From assembly GCF_009914755.1 (NCBI RefSeq), contig NC_060945.1: a stretch of 64,000 nt of DNA. One strand, 5' to 3'. Positions within the stretch are counted from its first letter, which is position 1. Each line of letters opens with the position of its first letter. The notes beneath the pieces are model-generated. The model did not search any database and was not told the origin of the DNA. It was given only the letters and a program-made list of their open reading frames with translations. Positions 14,954 to 29,129 of this stretch are shown in pieces. This stretch comes from the human T2T-CHM13v2.0 reference genome, Homo sapiens. The position numbers were made by a program, and so were the translations under genes.

Positions 14954-15940
14954 TCTGTAAGGATAACAACAAAATACTGATGAGAGAAATCATAGATGAC
15001 ACAAACAAATGGAAAATGGCCCGTGCTCGTGGATTGGAAAAATCAGTATCATTAAAATGACCATACTGCCCAAAGCAATCTATAGATTCAATACAATTTC
15101 TATTGGATTACCAAAGTCATTTTTATAGAATTAGAAAAAAAATCTAAAATTCGTATGGAATCAGAAGAGAGCCCAAATAACCAAAGCAATCCTAAGCAAA
15201 AAGAACAAAGTTGGAGGCATCATATTACCTAACTTCAAATTATACTACAAGGCTAGAGTAGCCAAAACAGCATGGTACTGGTATAAAAATAGACACACAG
15301 ATCAATGGAACAGAATAGAGAACACAGTAATAAAGCCATACCCTACAACCAACTGATCTCCAACAAAGTCAACAAAATAACACACTGATAAAAGGACAGC
15401 CAATTCAATAAATAGTAGTAGGAAAGTTGAATAGCCATAGGCAGAATAATGAAACTGGACCCCTGTCTCCCACCATATACAAAGGTTAATTCGAGATAAA
15501 TTGAACACATAAACATAAGACCAGAAACTATTAAAAAAAATCTTAGAAGAAAACCTAGGAAAACCTCTTCTGGCCATTGGCAAAGAATATATGGTCAAAT
15601 CCTCAAAAGCAAATGCAAAGAAACAAAAATAGACAAATGGGACTTAATTAAACTAAAAAGCTTCTACACAAAAAAGAAACAATCAACCGAGTAAACAGAA
15701 AACTTACAGGATGGGAAAAAAATTATATGCAAACTATGCACCTGACAATGGGTTAATACTCAGAATCTATAAGTAACTCAAACAGCTCAAAAAGCAAAAT
15801 AATAATCCAATTAAAAAGTGGGCGAGGACATGAACATACATTTTTGTAAAGAAGACATACAAGCAACCAAGAAATATATGAGAAAACAGTTGACATCACT
15901 AATCATCAGAGAAATGCAAATTAAAAGCACAGTGGGATTT

Positions 15941-18935
15941 TGGGAGGCAGGGCAAGATGGTGGAATAGAAAGCTCCACTATTCCCCACTGCAAAGACATC
16001 AAGTTAACAAGTATCGACATGGAAAAAAACACCTTCATAACCAAAAAATCAGATGAGCACTCATAGTACCTAGTTTTAACTTCATATCACTAAAAGAGGA
16101 ATTGAGGAGATAGAAAAATCAGCTCTGAGTCACTGACACCACTCCTCCCCCATCCCCAGGAGTGGCGGCATGGTGCAGAGACCCTCTCTGGGTGCTAGGG
16201 GAAGGAGAACACAGCAATTGAGAGGCATTGAATTCTGTGCTGTTCTGTTAGAGCAAAAGGAAAAACCAGATCAAACTCAGTTGACACCAGCCCACGGAGG
16301 GAGTATTTAAACCAGGCCTTGCCACAGGGGAATCAGCAATCCCAGTAGCCTAAACTTTAGTGTCAAGAAACCTGGCCACTGAGGCCCAAAGTACTCTTTG
16401 CCTCTAAGTAAGCTTGAAAGGCAGTCTAGGCCTTCAGGACTGCAACTTGTAGGTGAGTCCTAGGGCTGAACTAGGCCCAGAGGCAATAGATTGAGGGGCC
16501 ATGTCACATACTGAGACATCAGTTAGGGAAGTTAAGGGAGTACTGGCATTACCCCTTCCCTAACCTCAGGCTGCACAACTCGTGGCTCCAAAAAAAGACC
16601 CCTTCTTCCCACTTGAAGGAAGGAGAGGTAAAGGTGGGGAGGACTTTGTCTTGCATCTAGCATAGCAGCTCAGCCACAACACGATAAGGCAACAGTCAGA
16701 GTCCTAAGGCCCTGTCTCCCCTGTTCCAGGCTCTAGCTCCTAGAAAACATTTCTAGACATGCCCTGGCCCAGAAGGAACCCCACTGCCTTTGAGGAAAGA
16801 ACCCAGTCCTGACAGCATTCATCACCTGCTAACTGAAGAGCCCTTGGGCCCTGAATAACCAGCAGCAATACCCAGGTACTGCATGGAGGGCCTTGGCGAG
16901 CCTCAGAGATTTGCTGGCTTCAGGGACAAAACTGCTACAGGAGGGTAGAGCACCAAGTGGGCTCGTGGGGTTCACAATTCCAGGACTTGATTCTTGGATG
17001 GCATTTCTGGACCTGCCCTGATCCAGAGGGAGCCCACTGCCCTAAATGGTGAGTCCCAGGCTAGTTAGCATTCACCACCAGCTGTCTTAAGAGAAATTGG
17101 GACTTAAGGGAAAATCACTGGTAGTCTGGCAGTACTTCTTCTGTCCAAGGGTGGTGGTGCCTATGGGGTGAGGCTCCCCTGTCTTTGGAAAGGGGAGGGA
17201 AGAGGGGGAATGACTGTGTCTTGTAATTTGAGTGCCAGCTCAACTGCAATATAGTAGAATACCAGGTAGACTTCTAAGGTTTTTGACTCTAGTCGCTGAC
17301 CCCTGGATAGTACTTCTGGATCCACTCAGGGCCTGGGGGACCTCACCACCCTAAAAGGAAAAACACAGGTCTGAACGGCTTGGCCACCTGCTGATTGTAG
17401 AACACCAGGGCCTTGAGTGAACATAGGCAGTTTCCAGGGAGGAGTTACAGTAGGTCTTGGGCAAGACCCAGTGCTGTACTGGCTTCAGGTCTGACCCAAC
17501 ACAGTCATAGTGTTGGTGGCCACAGGTGTGCTTGTGTCACTCCACCCCCAGATTTAGGTGGCTCAGAGCAGAGACAGAGAGACTCTATATGTATGGGAAA
17601 ATATAAGGAAAGAGAACAAGAGTCTCTGCTGGTAATCCAGATAATTCTCCTGGATCTTGTCCAAGACCATCAAGGTGGTACCTCTATGAGTCTCCAAGAA
17701 CCACAGCATTACTGGGCCTGGGGTGCTCCCTAAAGCAGGAACAGCTTAGATCACAACACTCAAGTTGTGACCCAAGTGTTTTAAAAGGTCTGGAGTGCTG
17801 TCCTAAGAAGGATGACCAGAAATAAGCCCAGAAAGTGAGGACTACAATAAACACCTAACTCTTCAATACTCAGACACCGAAGAACATCTACTAGCATCAA
17901 CACCATGCAGGAAAACATGACATCAACAAAGGAACTAAATAAGGCACCAGTAAACAATCCTGGAGAAACAGAACTATGTGACCTTTTAGACAAAAAATTC
18001 AAAATAGCAGTGTTGAGGAAACTAAAAGGAATTCAAAATAACACAGAGAAGGAATTCAGAATTCTATCAGATAAATTTAACAAAGAGATTGAAATAATTA
18101 AAAAGAATCAAGCAGAAACTCTGGAGCTAAAAAATGCAGTTGGCACACTAACAAAAGCATCACAGTCCTTTAATAGCAGAATGGATATAGCAGAAAGAAG
18201 AATTAGTGAACTTAAAGACAGGCTATTTGAAAATACAGTCAGAAGAGAAAAAAGAATATAAAGCAAGGTAGCATGCTTACAGGATCTAGAAAATAGCCTT
18301 AAAAGGGGAAATACAAGATTTATTCACCTGAAAAAGGAGGTAGAGAAAGAGATAGGGGTAGAAAGTTTTATTCAAAGGGATAATAACTGATCCAAGATAA
18401 TAACAAATAACAGGGATAATACCCAAACCTAGAGAAAGATATCAATATCCAAGTATAAGAAAGTTATAGAATATCAAACAGATTTAACCGAAAGACTACC
18501 TTGAGGCATTTAATAATCAAACTCCCAAAGGTCAAGGATAAAAAAAGGGTCCTAAGAGCAGCAAAAGAAACAAATAAAATGTTATGGAGCTCCAGTACTC
18601 CTGGTGCCAGACTTTCAGTGGAAACCATGTAGGCCAGGAGAGAGTGGCATGACATATTTAAAGTGCTGAAGGAAAAAAATAAGTTTACCATAGAGTAGTA
18701 TATCCAGGGAAAGTATTTTTCAAGCATGAAGAAGAAATAAAGACTTTCCCAGAAAAACAAAAGCTGAGGGATTTCATTGATACCAGACCGTATTGATTAC
18801 AATGTTCACCATTGAGGTTTTGGGCACACTAATAGCCCAGACTTCACCACTCCACAATATATTCATGTGAGAAATATGCACCTGAACCCCCTAAACATAG
18901 ATAAAAAATAAAAATAAAGATTAAAAAATTAAAAA
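15941..18935 (+). mobile_element. Second old L1 (L1PB/L1MA type): long 5'UTR plus ORF1, joined directly to a 3' terminus
   Basis: Starts gggaggcagggcaagatgg (YY1-type start). ORF1 remnant 17905-18790 (MQENMTS...KIAVLRKL). 3' end agcccagacttcaccact...A-rich tail at 18790-18935. Confidence 0.85.
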
Positions 18936-19539
18936 AGATTTCAGGACAAGTAATATAACTGGATAGATAGATAGATAAAAAAATAAAGATTTCAGGACAA
19001 ATAATATAACTGCATATTGGCTGTCTAAGTTTATTCTCTAAATTAAAGACAGCTTTTTGGCTGTTCTTCAGTGAATAAGTGCTCTCATTTATCTAGAGAA
19101 CAGCATAATATTTTTAAAAGAATCTGGAAATGATTGAACTAAATCCAATTAAGCTGAATAACTAGAGGAGTTAAAACAAGTGTGCAAGGCACTCAGACTA
19201 AAGCTGCAAAATTTTGGTATCCATATAAATTTTATTAATTTTTTAATCAAGGTATTTTTATAAGAAAAAGTCACTTAATTTTCTCCAATTATGGAATACT
19301 TATATATTTATTATATATTTGGAAAAAATTGTCCCTAGCCATCATTATGTTGTGATAGTTCTGCAATTTTAATGATTGCATAACATTTAATATTACAGCT
19401 ATTCCATAATCAATGTATAAATTACCCTATTATTGAGCAGTCGATTTATTTATAATTTTTAGCATTGTTAATCAAATTGTAAATGTCTTCTATAGAAATA
19501 CATACGTGCATTTTAGATCTTTCATTTTATTTATTTAAC

Positions 19540-19785
19540 AAACATTTACATAACACTTATATGCCAGGCAATATATTACATTCTTTATAAATATTACATT
19601 ATTTAATCTTCTTAACAATTCTGCAAAATAGACTATAACTACTCCCATTTTACAGGTAAGGAAAATGAGGCACAGAAAGGTTAATCATATTTTCAAGGTA
19701 ATAAAGCTAGTAATTAGCTGAACTGAAATTCGAACCAGGATACTCTGGCTCCAAAGCTGACACTCTTAAATGTTACTTTCTGCTA
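19540..19785 (-). mobile_element. MIR
   Basis: cccattttacaggtaaggaaaatgaggcacagaaaggttaa is the reverse-complement MIR core. Confidence 0.8.
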
Positions 19786-20169
19786 TGTCTCTGAAGTATA
19801 AATTCTAGAAGAGGATAGGGCCAGAAGTATTAACACTTGGGGATTATTAGAGTATTTTATTCACTTATTTCCAAATTGTATACTATACCCAGTATACAAT
19901 TTATTAGTGTATTTTATTATTAGTGGGGATTATTAATGTATTTTATTCACTTATTTCCAGTATATGTATACAATTTTACATACCTACAATTGGTGAAACA
20001 AGATGGCAATTTCAGTATAATTTCAACAATATACTTTTTTTACAGTTTGGGAAGAGATATATTATGTCTCATAGCCTTCAATTGGGTTTAAGCATTTAAA
20101 AACATGTCTATTAATCATTTTTTCTTTCTTTTTAAAATTGTTCCATGCCAATGTATTTATTTCTGCATT

Positions 20170-21045
20170 TATTCATTCAACAACTATTCCTTTAGTGCCC
20201 AATATGTACCAGGCACAGTTCAAGGCACTTGAAATAAGTCTTTGAAGAAAATACATAGACTCAACATCCTCAAGAAACTTATCTTCTACTTGCAGAGATA
20301 CAAACAATAAACAGCAAACATATGTACAGAGGACAGTATAGATAATAACTCCTACGAGAACAACAAAAAATTCCAGGTAAGAGGATTGATAGTGGAAGAG
20401 CTGCTGCTCACAATTGTAAACAGGATGATAAAAGTAGGCTTCATTGAGAAAATGGCATTTGAACAAAAGCTTGGAGGTGAGAAAGTTAGCCATCGGCACT
20501 TCAAGGGGAAGAAATTTCTAGGCAGAGGGAACATCCAGTACAAAGGTTCTAAGGAGGATCCTACCTGGTGTGTCCAAGGAACAGCAAAGAAGGCTGTCAG
20601 GATATAGCTAAGTGTGCAGGTACAGTAGTCAAGGCGTTGAAATTGGGAGGTATGAGGCAGTGGAGATACTAGTTAGGTCATGTGGAGTTTGTAAGCTATT
20701 GTGAAGACTTTGGCTTTTATATGAAGTGTGAAGGCAAGACTTTTGAGATTGTTGAGCAGAGGTGTGACATAACCCACTTTTAAAAGGGTCACTCTGGACA
20801 ACAAATTATAGGACAACAAATTATAGGACACAAAGCTAAAAGCAAGAGAACACTTAAGAGGCTATTTTAAGAATTCAAGGAGAGATGATAAAACTTAGTG
20901 AGTTTGTAGCAGTACAGGTGGTAAAGAATTCTGGATATTTTCAGAAGGTAGGAACAAAGAGATTTCATGATTGGATGATGAGTGAGAAGAAAAAGACTAG
21001 TCTATGATGAACCCAGGTTTCTTGGCTTAAACAACTGGAAGGATA
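20170..21045 (-). mobile_element. L2 3' region
   Basis: attcattcaacaa...tatgtaccaggcacagt is the reverse complement of the L2a tail; continues with typical L2 sequence. Confidence 0.75.
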
Positions 21046-22854
21046 TTTCTTTCCATGTTTCAACTAGAACGTATTTTAAAAATATTTTTGTAAAAGTTAT
21101 TTATATATAAATAATTTAAATCCATCTATGTCATATACATTACAAAAGTTTTCTCAGTTTACTTTTGTTGATTTTGTTTGTGACATACAGTTTTAATTTT
21201 GTATATTTGTAGGCAACCGTAATATTTTTCTTTCAGTTTCCTGTTTTGGCTTTCATTATTGTGCAAATATAAACATTTGCCTAGATTTTCCTCCATTTTT
21301 TTGTTTATCAGTATACATTTAATACTTTACCATATATAAAATTAATCTTGATATATGACATATCAAAGTCTTTTTCACTTGTCATTTATTCCAGCATCAT
21401 TTTCTGTAATGCTCTTCTTATCATCTATAAAATTCTATTTTGGAATTTTCCATTTATTCCATTATATTCTTCCTCAAGCATCAAATATCTTTATTGTTGT
21501 TTTGGAATATTACTGTTTCATAAAGCTGTGAACATTACATTCATTATTCAGTCTGTTTGGCTCATCTTATTATTTGTAATTCCAAGTTGATTAGGAACAA
21601 CCAAGCAACATCTACCTTAGATTTTGACTGGAGTCATGTTAATCTTGTAGGTGCATTTAACAAGAATGGCTATTGCTATAACATTGAATCTTCTACTCCG
21701 TTGATAATTTTTTGAATATTTGCAGAATTCTCTTCATCATCAAAGTTTTAAAATAAAATTTATAAGAATGGGTCTAAATGTTTGTTCTTTTCGTTCTTTT
21801 AGTTCCTGGTTTTCAGTTCATCCTTTCCATTTGAGATCTGTATCTTCTTTTCCTCAGTTGAAGGGGAATTTTTTTTTATTACATCCGTAGTTAGTTCTTC
21901 TGCTGTGTCTCCTCTTCAGCAACATTAGGTATCCAAAATATTGCATTTCAGTTATTTCACCCTAAGACCCTATTTTCTCTATTTTTATATCTCCTTATTC
22001 TATAAGTTATTGATAAATATATTTTCTACATTATTGGTCAAATCTATTATTTACTATTTTAATGTTGATACCAAATAACTTTAGTTGTTTTTTTTTTTAA
22101 CTCAGCCAACCTTCTTTTAACTGCAATCAGTTGTCCCATCATCTCACTCTTCACTCGTTCTTATATGGATTTTTGTTTTCTTAACTACCATTGAGAACAT
22201 TGAGCAATGCTTTATGGAACTTTCTTCTGTTTCCTGTTATAAATCTTTTAAAAAGTCAACCTTATTTCTAAATCTTGATTGTTATACCTTTTCTTCTTGC
22301 ATTGCTATGCTGCATTAGGCCTCATTTTGTTGTTGTTTTGTGTTTTTCTTGTCCACTTCTGCTTAAATGACGAAAGTGGTAGCTGCCCTGGCATTTGCCC
22401 ATGTACACAGAGGGTGGATTATCCTTGGTTCTTTTTACCGTCCATATGAATGGAACTAAATTTCTGTTTCTCATCTTGAGCTTATGTGTTGTTTTATATG
22501 CAAATATTCTAGCTAAATTTCTGATGTCTGGCCAAGATTTACATTGTGTGCTGCCTCTCGACTGAGGAGGAAATTCTCTTGTATTTATGATACCACAGGG
22601 AGAAAACTTCATCCCTGGATAATATAAATTCTTTAAATTTAAATCCCAGGAAGAAAGCATGCACTACAACTTCTAGACATCTCTAATTATACTCCAACTT
22701 TACATTTAGAAGGTATTAATAAGGCAACAAGGGGACAACAACCCCTGTTACAATGATGCAAAACTCCTGGCCCCTTTACAGCCTAGCCTTAGTGGACTAC
22801 AAATATAATTTCTATTCTTATGTTTAGTGGAGGCTTTGCATCTTCAAAATAACA

Positions 22855-23027
22855 GTCGGGGGTTGGGGGACTAGGGGAGGGATAGCATTAGGAGAAATAC
22901 CTAATGTAGATGACAGGTTGATGGGTGCAGCAAACCACCATCGTACATGTATACCTATGTAACAAACCTGCACATTCTGCACATGTATCCCAAAACTTAA
23001 AGTATAATTAAAAAATAGAATAAATTG
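22855..23027 (+). mobile_element. Short 5'-truncated L1PA (L1PA7-like) 3' end
   Basis: ggagggatagcattaggagaaatacctaatgtagatgac...aacttaaagtataa. Probable TSD aaataaca. Confidence 0.9.
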
Positions 23028-23180
23028 AAATAACATTGAATAAATAAATGAATACATAAACTAACCTAAAGGAAATAAACAAAAATGTCAGCATATTAGG
23101 TCAATGGCTTAATTATAGATTATAATAATTATGTATTATATAAGTATATTTATAGATTATAGATAATATATTATATATAT

Positions 23181-23498
<318 letters not shown>

Positions 23499-25318
23499 TA
23501 GATTTTATATTTATACTATAATTAGTATATTAACTTACACTTATATTTGATAAATATTTTAATATCTATCAACTCAATTATTTGCATTATCTGTCCTAGG
23601 AAGTACTTTCCTGACATCAAGTTCCCTAAGATGTGAACTTTAATCAGCATGCTACTTGAATTTTAATCAGAATCATAGAGTAAAAATTGCCCTGGAAGAG
23701 TGTTTTATAGAAACTCTAGAAAAACCCAGCGAAATATGCCTACTCCACAATTGTATTTGCTGTTCTAATGACCAGATAATGGAATCCCCAAATACAGTAG
23801 CCCTTTACCATTAAAAGTATTAGATGTTTTGGAAAAGAGAGAGTGATGAGAAGCAAAAATAACAATAATAATAACAGATACAGAGATTAGTTGAAGATTG
23901 AAAATCTTACAGCTCTAGTCCTTCAAGGCATGATCCCTCCCCACTATATACTTTCATAGGGAATGATATTGCTAATGTTCCTGCCGAAAATGTTCAGATA
24001 TTTTGGCATTTTCAAAGGCAAGGAACAATACAATTACTCCTAGATTTTTGCCATTATAGCAACATCTGATTTATTGACTTTTCAGTAACTAAATAATATC
24101 ACACCAAAAGTTATAAAATGACTTCCCAACTCTCTTCTGTTGATATAGACCCCACCTAAATGTATATTATTATCATTTATTATTTTTATTTTTACTCTCC
24201 ACAGGTTCTTGTGTACTGTGTTTAACATTGACAAGAAGATAATTAGGAAATAAATATATATAAATACAGGAACATAAAGAGAAATAAAGAGGAAGCACCA
24301 CAGTCAACTAAAAAAGAGAGATTCCCAGCAACCTACACAACCATTTCTATAGGCTCTCAGCTGATGCTTAGTGTTTGGACAACTCATACATGCAGATTGA
24401 CAGATGACCAACTTATAAAAGAGATTTTTAATAATTCTTAATGATTTCACAGGGTGTTGTCAATGGAAATATGGATTCTTCTACAGCAAACATGTACATC
24501 TATATCATGTGGAACAAGGATAGTGGGAAAACCTCTGATTGTGAGGACGTAGAACTGAGAAGAGCATATGAAATGTCATAAGAAAAACACTTCTGGAGCA
24601 TGTCGTCTTCAAGAAAATGGTGCCCAGACAGTCAGGATTGTGTTACATTTTAATAGGAATGGGGATATTTGTGATATACTGACAAACCAAGACAGGTGAC
24701 TATAAAACTGCAATGTAAAGTGTCAGCTTCTCCTCACACCTTTATAGTAGACATCTGAGAACCTCACTCCTGTCAGCATATTCTTGGGGTTGAATCTCAA
24801 GTGATCCATAGAATCTTAGATAAAGCAGATGAAAATAGGCTTTTCTGTCTTCCTAAGTAAACAGCAATGAAGTTGAGAGAAAGAAGATATTGCTGGAAGT
24901 CATGATAAAGTCTATCTTCTGTGACCATATGTTTCCTTAGAGAGTTTTAGACATTGACCCTCATCTAAAAAATTGTGAAAAAGGACTCTCACCAGTCTGT
25001 TAATATGTATGTATATGAAAGAAATTACTGGTAAACTTCTAAGGCAGGCATTGGTGTTACTTTTTTTTATCTTTATTGTGTCTGTGAAATGATTGTGTGT
25101 ATTTTTTCTTTGATTAGACAATGAGATTCCCAAATAAATTTTATTAAAGCCAAAAAAACCTTTATACCTTTTTGAGATTCTAATATTTATGTAAAATATA
25201 GTCTGAAATACACAATAAACAGATATTTGAATACATGAATTTTTAAACCATTACTTAAGAAACCAATATTTTCAAGTTTAAAAGATAACATGTTGAAATC
25301 AAAATTTAATTTTCTTAC

Positions 25319-25495
25319 CTTTCTGGGTATGTAAGTGATTTTAACATGAGACTCTGGATCTTGTATGTGCATGTGGAACACTGCAGATTTGAGCTCTGGA
25401 AATATGTCAAACCAATGCTTGAAATATTTACAAAGTCATTATAAAATTGAGCAAGAATCTTGACTTCTTGAAGTTTATAAAATGGTTTGTTCTTT
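25319..25495 (-). CDS. LIPI: LIPI exon 9 (177 nt, phase 2-2): KNKPFYKLQEVKILAQFYNDFVNISSIGLTYFQSSNLQCSTCTYKIQSLMLKSLTYPER
   Basis: Minus strand: aaattttctctctag|AAAGAAC...CCAGAAAG|gtaaga. Core of ORF-track entry 25315..25542. Similar to the LIPH C-terminal domain. Confidence 0.95.
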
Positions 25496-25964
25496 CTAGA
25501 GAGAAAATTTGATACACGCAGCATATTAATAATTTGAAACATAACTCAATTCTAAAATCAATATAATCCTAATAAGGGAGGCCACAGAGAACAAAATTAT
25601 AGGGAAAAGGCCAAACAAAATATTATTGCAGTATTTATTAAAATAATTAAAACCGTAATTTATAACAGAACAAAATAATAAATGCAAAATAATAATAAAT
25701 GCATTCCCTCATAGAACTATTTTGAAAATGCTTCTTTTGGGAAAAAGTGACATGTCTTTCTGAGTAGATGTCTAGATTTTACATTTGACTAGAATTAGAG
25801 AAGTCATCCTATATGTGTTTTTTAGACCCTTTAACAACTATCACAGTTCCTTAAATAGACTAGGTGCTTAACGGACAACTTAAAAATATTTTATCAAATA
25901 TTTTTGACCTAGAGCAATAACTTATAAAGGCCTGAGATTCAAAACAGAAATACAGTGTTTAATA

Positions 25965-26130
25965 AGTACAATTTTCTGTGCATTTACAATGTAATTAAGC
26001 TTTACATGCTTAACCTCATTTAACTACCTGAAAAACTCCTTTTATTAGGTACTATGAGTATTACCATTTTACAGATAAGAAAACTGAGCATCAGAGCATA
26101 TAAATGTCTTTCCCAAAGCCACACAGCTAA
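25965..26130 (-). mobile_element. MIR fragment
   Basis: ccattttacagataagaaaactgag core. Confidence 0.7.
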
Positions 26131-26279
26131 TAATGCTCCTCACTGCTCTGCTCAATTTCTCATCCCTATGTGCCAGAAATGTGGGTCCCTGGAGTCATTT
26201 ATCTCAACCTGGGCTTTCATGACCCCAAGAGGAACTCCAGCTACTCTATTGCACTTTTTCTCACTAGAAAAAACTGATG

Positions 26280-26430
26280 GCAAAGAGGAGAAAGAGAAGG
26301 AGAAGGAGGAAGAAGAGGTGTAGGAGGAAGAGATGAAGGAAGAGAAAGAAAAGTAGAAGGCGGAGGTGGAGGAGAAGAAGGAGGAGAAAGGGAAGGGACT
26401 AAAGAAGAGGACAGAAGTGAAGGGAAAAAA
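26280..26430 (+). repeat. GA-rich low-complexity tract
   Basis: gaggagaaagagaaggagaaggaggaagaagagg... Confidence 0.85.
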
Positions 26431-26679
26431 AGTTTTTTAAAAAATCAGTTCAAAGAAGTTTCTCTTTTGAGCCAACAACAACTTGGTTAATCAAAGGTGA
26501 CAATCACACAGAGAACAGCTGAAGAGTAACTAGTAGGGCACCCAGCACTCCCTGCCATCTCATATTTTTTCCTGCTCTCTTTTTGATTCCTTGCAGCAGT
26601 TAGACACCAGAAAAAGGACATGATCATTCTACTCAAAGTCCATTTCTGCTACCTCCTGGCAGGGTTACCACCTTCTTTT

Positions 26680-28750
26680 TCACAGACTATAATGTCATTA
26701 GATATATCACTAATGTCTTTCCATGAACATATCCAAATTTTTCAGCGATAATTCAAATTCAACATATCCAGATAGGAATGTGTTATCTTTCCATACAAAC
26801 TCACAGCCACACCAGTGTTTTCAATTACCAACAGTTTGCTCATGACTACAAAATCTCTACCTTCAGCTAAGGCCTGTATGCTAAGTTTTAGTTACATGTA
26901 TCCACTGTCATTTATCGTGTCCATGTGGATATCTTAAGGATGCCTGAAGCTCACTAGGTTCAAATCTAAATGACTCATCTTCTCCAACACTTTCTCCAAC
27001 CAAAAAAAAAAAAAATACTAAAACTAAAACTTACATTGTCTCAGAGTATTAAATGGCATCACCACCTATTACCCAAGTCAAATAACTAGGATTCACCCTT
27101 GATAGTGCCCTTCTTTCAACCTCCACATTCAATCTATCAGAAATTTATATTGACTTTACCTCTGAAATATCAAAACTGATTTGAATCCCTCATTTTTCCA
27201 TTTCAACTATAAACCTTCAAACCCAGGGCACCATTGTGTCATGTCTATATTCCTGCAACAGCATCTTGCTTTGTATCTCTCCAATCCACTGTGGTTAAAT
27301 TGTTTTTCCAAAAGAAAAATCCAACTGTGGCCTCAACCTGACTGCCACAACTAAAATACTTCAGTGGTTTTCATGTGCCCAGTGAATAAAATATAAATTC
27401 TGGAACATGGCCTATGAGTTCTAATTTCTATAATATATCTAAGTGTTCTCTAGATTTCTCCTCTCTTTCTTACTTTCCCAGTCTCTATTTTTTTTTTTTT
27501 TTTTTTTTGAGATGGAGTCTCACTGTCACCCAGGCTGGAGTGCAGTGGTGCAATCTCGGCTCACTGAAACCTCCATCTCCCAGGTTCAAGTGATTCTCCT
27601 GCCTCAGCTTCCTGAGCAGCTGGGACTACAGGCACACGCCACCACACCCAGCTAATTTTTGTATTTTTATTAGAGACAGGGTTTCACCATATTGGCCAGG
27701 CTGGCCTCGAACTCCTGACCTTGTGATCCACCCACCTTGAACTACCACAGTGCTGAGATTACAAGCGTGAGCCACCATGCCCAGCCCCAGCCTTTATTCT
27801 TAAACACACTAAACTGCCTTCAGCTCCTGAAGTGGGTCATGCTTCTCTATGCTTCAGATTTTCTGTATTTATTGGTCCTTCTGCCTAGAATGCAGTAGGG
27901 CAATGACTGCTGTTCACCATTCAGGACTCGACTAATATAAGCATCAATAGAGAAACTTTTAGTCACCCCACTAATTGACATCCCCTATTTTAATTTTCTA
28001 TATACATTATGATTTATGTCAAGACTTTTTTATGAACAGATTTTACTTATATAATTTTATAATTATTTGACTATCCTTATATGTCTCATTATGCTACAAG
28101 CTTAATGAAGGTAAGACCATGACTGATTTTCTCACCACAGTATCCCCAGCACTTAACACAGTGCCTGGCTCCGTGTAGATAATCATTAAAAATTGTTTGA
28201 ATAGTAGAATGATGGACATCGTTGTTTTATTTTTATTATTAATTTAAAATCTATCTGCTATAGACATCTAATTTATATAAGAGCAGACATTTAATTTGTC
28301 CAGAATTGTATCCCCTATTCCTAGCACAGATCCGGGTCTATAGAAGAACTCAATAATTTGTAATGAATGGATTAAATTGGATTCTCTCCATGTATCTTTT
28401 AGCTCAGTATAATAGCATTATACTTTTTAAATAGTCACAAAGCTCAAAACTTGAAGTCACTCTAGATTGGTTTCTTTCCTTAACGTTCACTTATTCAATT
28501 AACCATGCAAACACACAACACGTCTATTCTAAAGCCCCAAAACCTCTGGAATCTCCCTTACCCTGTTTTTTTGTTCCCACTGATTTGGATCCAGGCTCAT
28601 GTTATCTTTCATATGAATTATCACAGTAACTACTTCTGTAGCCTCCTATCTCATGTCTTGCTCCCTCTAATCTCTCCATTACTCATATGTCTGGGCCATC
28701 TTTCTATCCTGAATATCCAATATTGATATTTCCCATTTAACATCCTATAT
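26680..28750 (+). mobile_element. Cluster of L2 fragments, interrupted by an Alu
   Basis: L2 motifs including tatccccagcacttaacacagtgcctggc...tgtttgaat (28140-28210). Boundaries approximate. Confidence 0.65.
27488..27786 (-). mobile_element. AluS
   Basis: Full reverse-complement Alu with T-tail. Degenerate TSD cccagtctctatt / cccagcctttatt. Confidence 0.93.
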
Positions 28751-29129
28751 TGGCATATTAATATATCTGGTCCAATGAATCATTAGTAGTATAGAAAAAA
28801 TAACATTCAGTATAAAAATCAGGATGCAGAACACATTTCAATCAGATCCTAATTTTGCTAAATAAAAAAAATCATATGTCTGCACATAGGGGCATGTACA
28901 AGAAGGAGGAAGGGGAAGAATGATTATAAACCAAATGCAAAGTGTAGGTATTCCTGGATGGTATAATTACAGGTGATCCCTATTTTCTATTATATAATAT
29001 TATACATTTTCTACAGTGAGTAAATATTCCTGTTTCCATTTTAAAAAGGAAAATAAAAGATCATTTAAAATTCTTTGACTCCTGTGCCATCTTAAAGACA
29101 ATTAAAATCCCAAAACATAATTAAATGTA

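Noticed and set aside
25315-25542. ORF-track entries 25315..25542 and 43950..44189 as standalone small genes
   Set aside because: They are LIPI exons 9 and 7 plus intronic read-through; splice sites define the true limits.
26280-26430. GA-rich tract as an EWS-FLI1 GGAA microsatellite enhancer
   Set aside because: There are no consecutive GGAA units; it is an irregular GAG/GAA tract.
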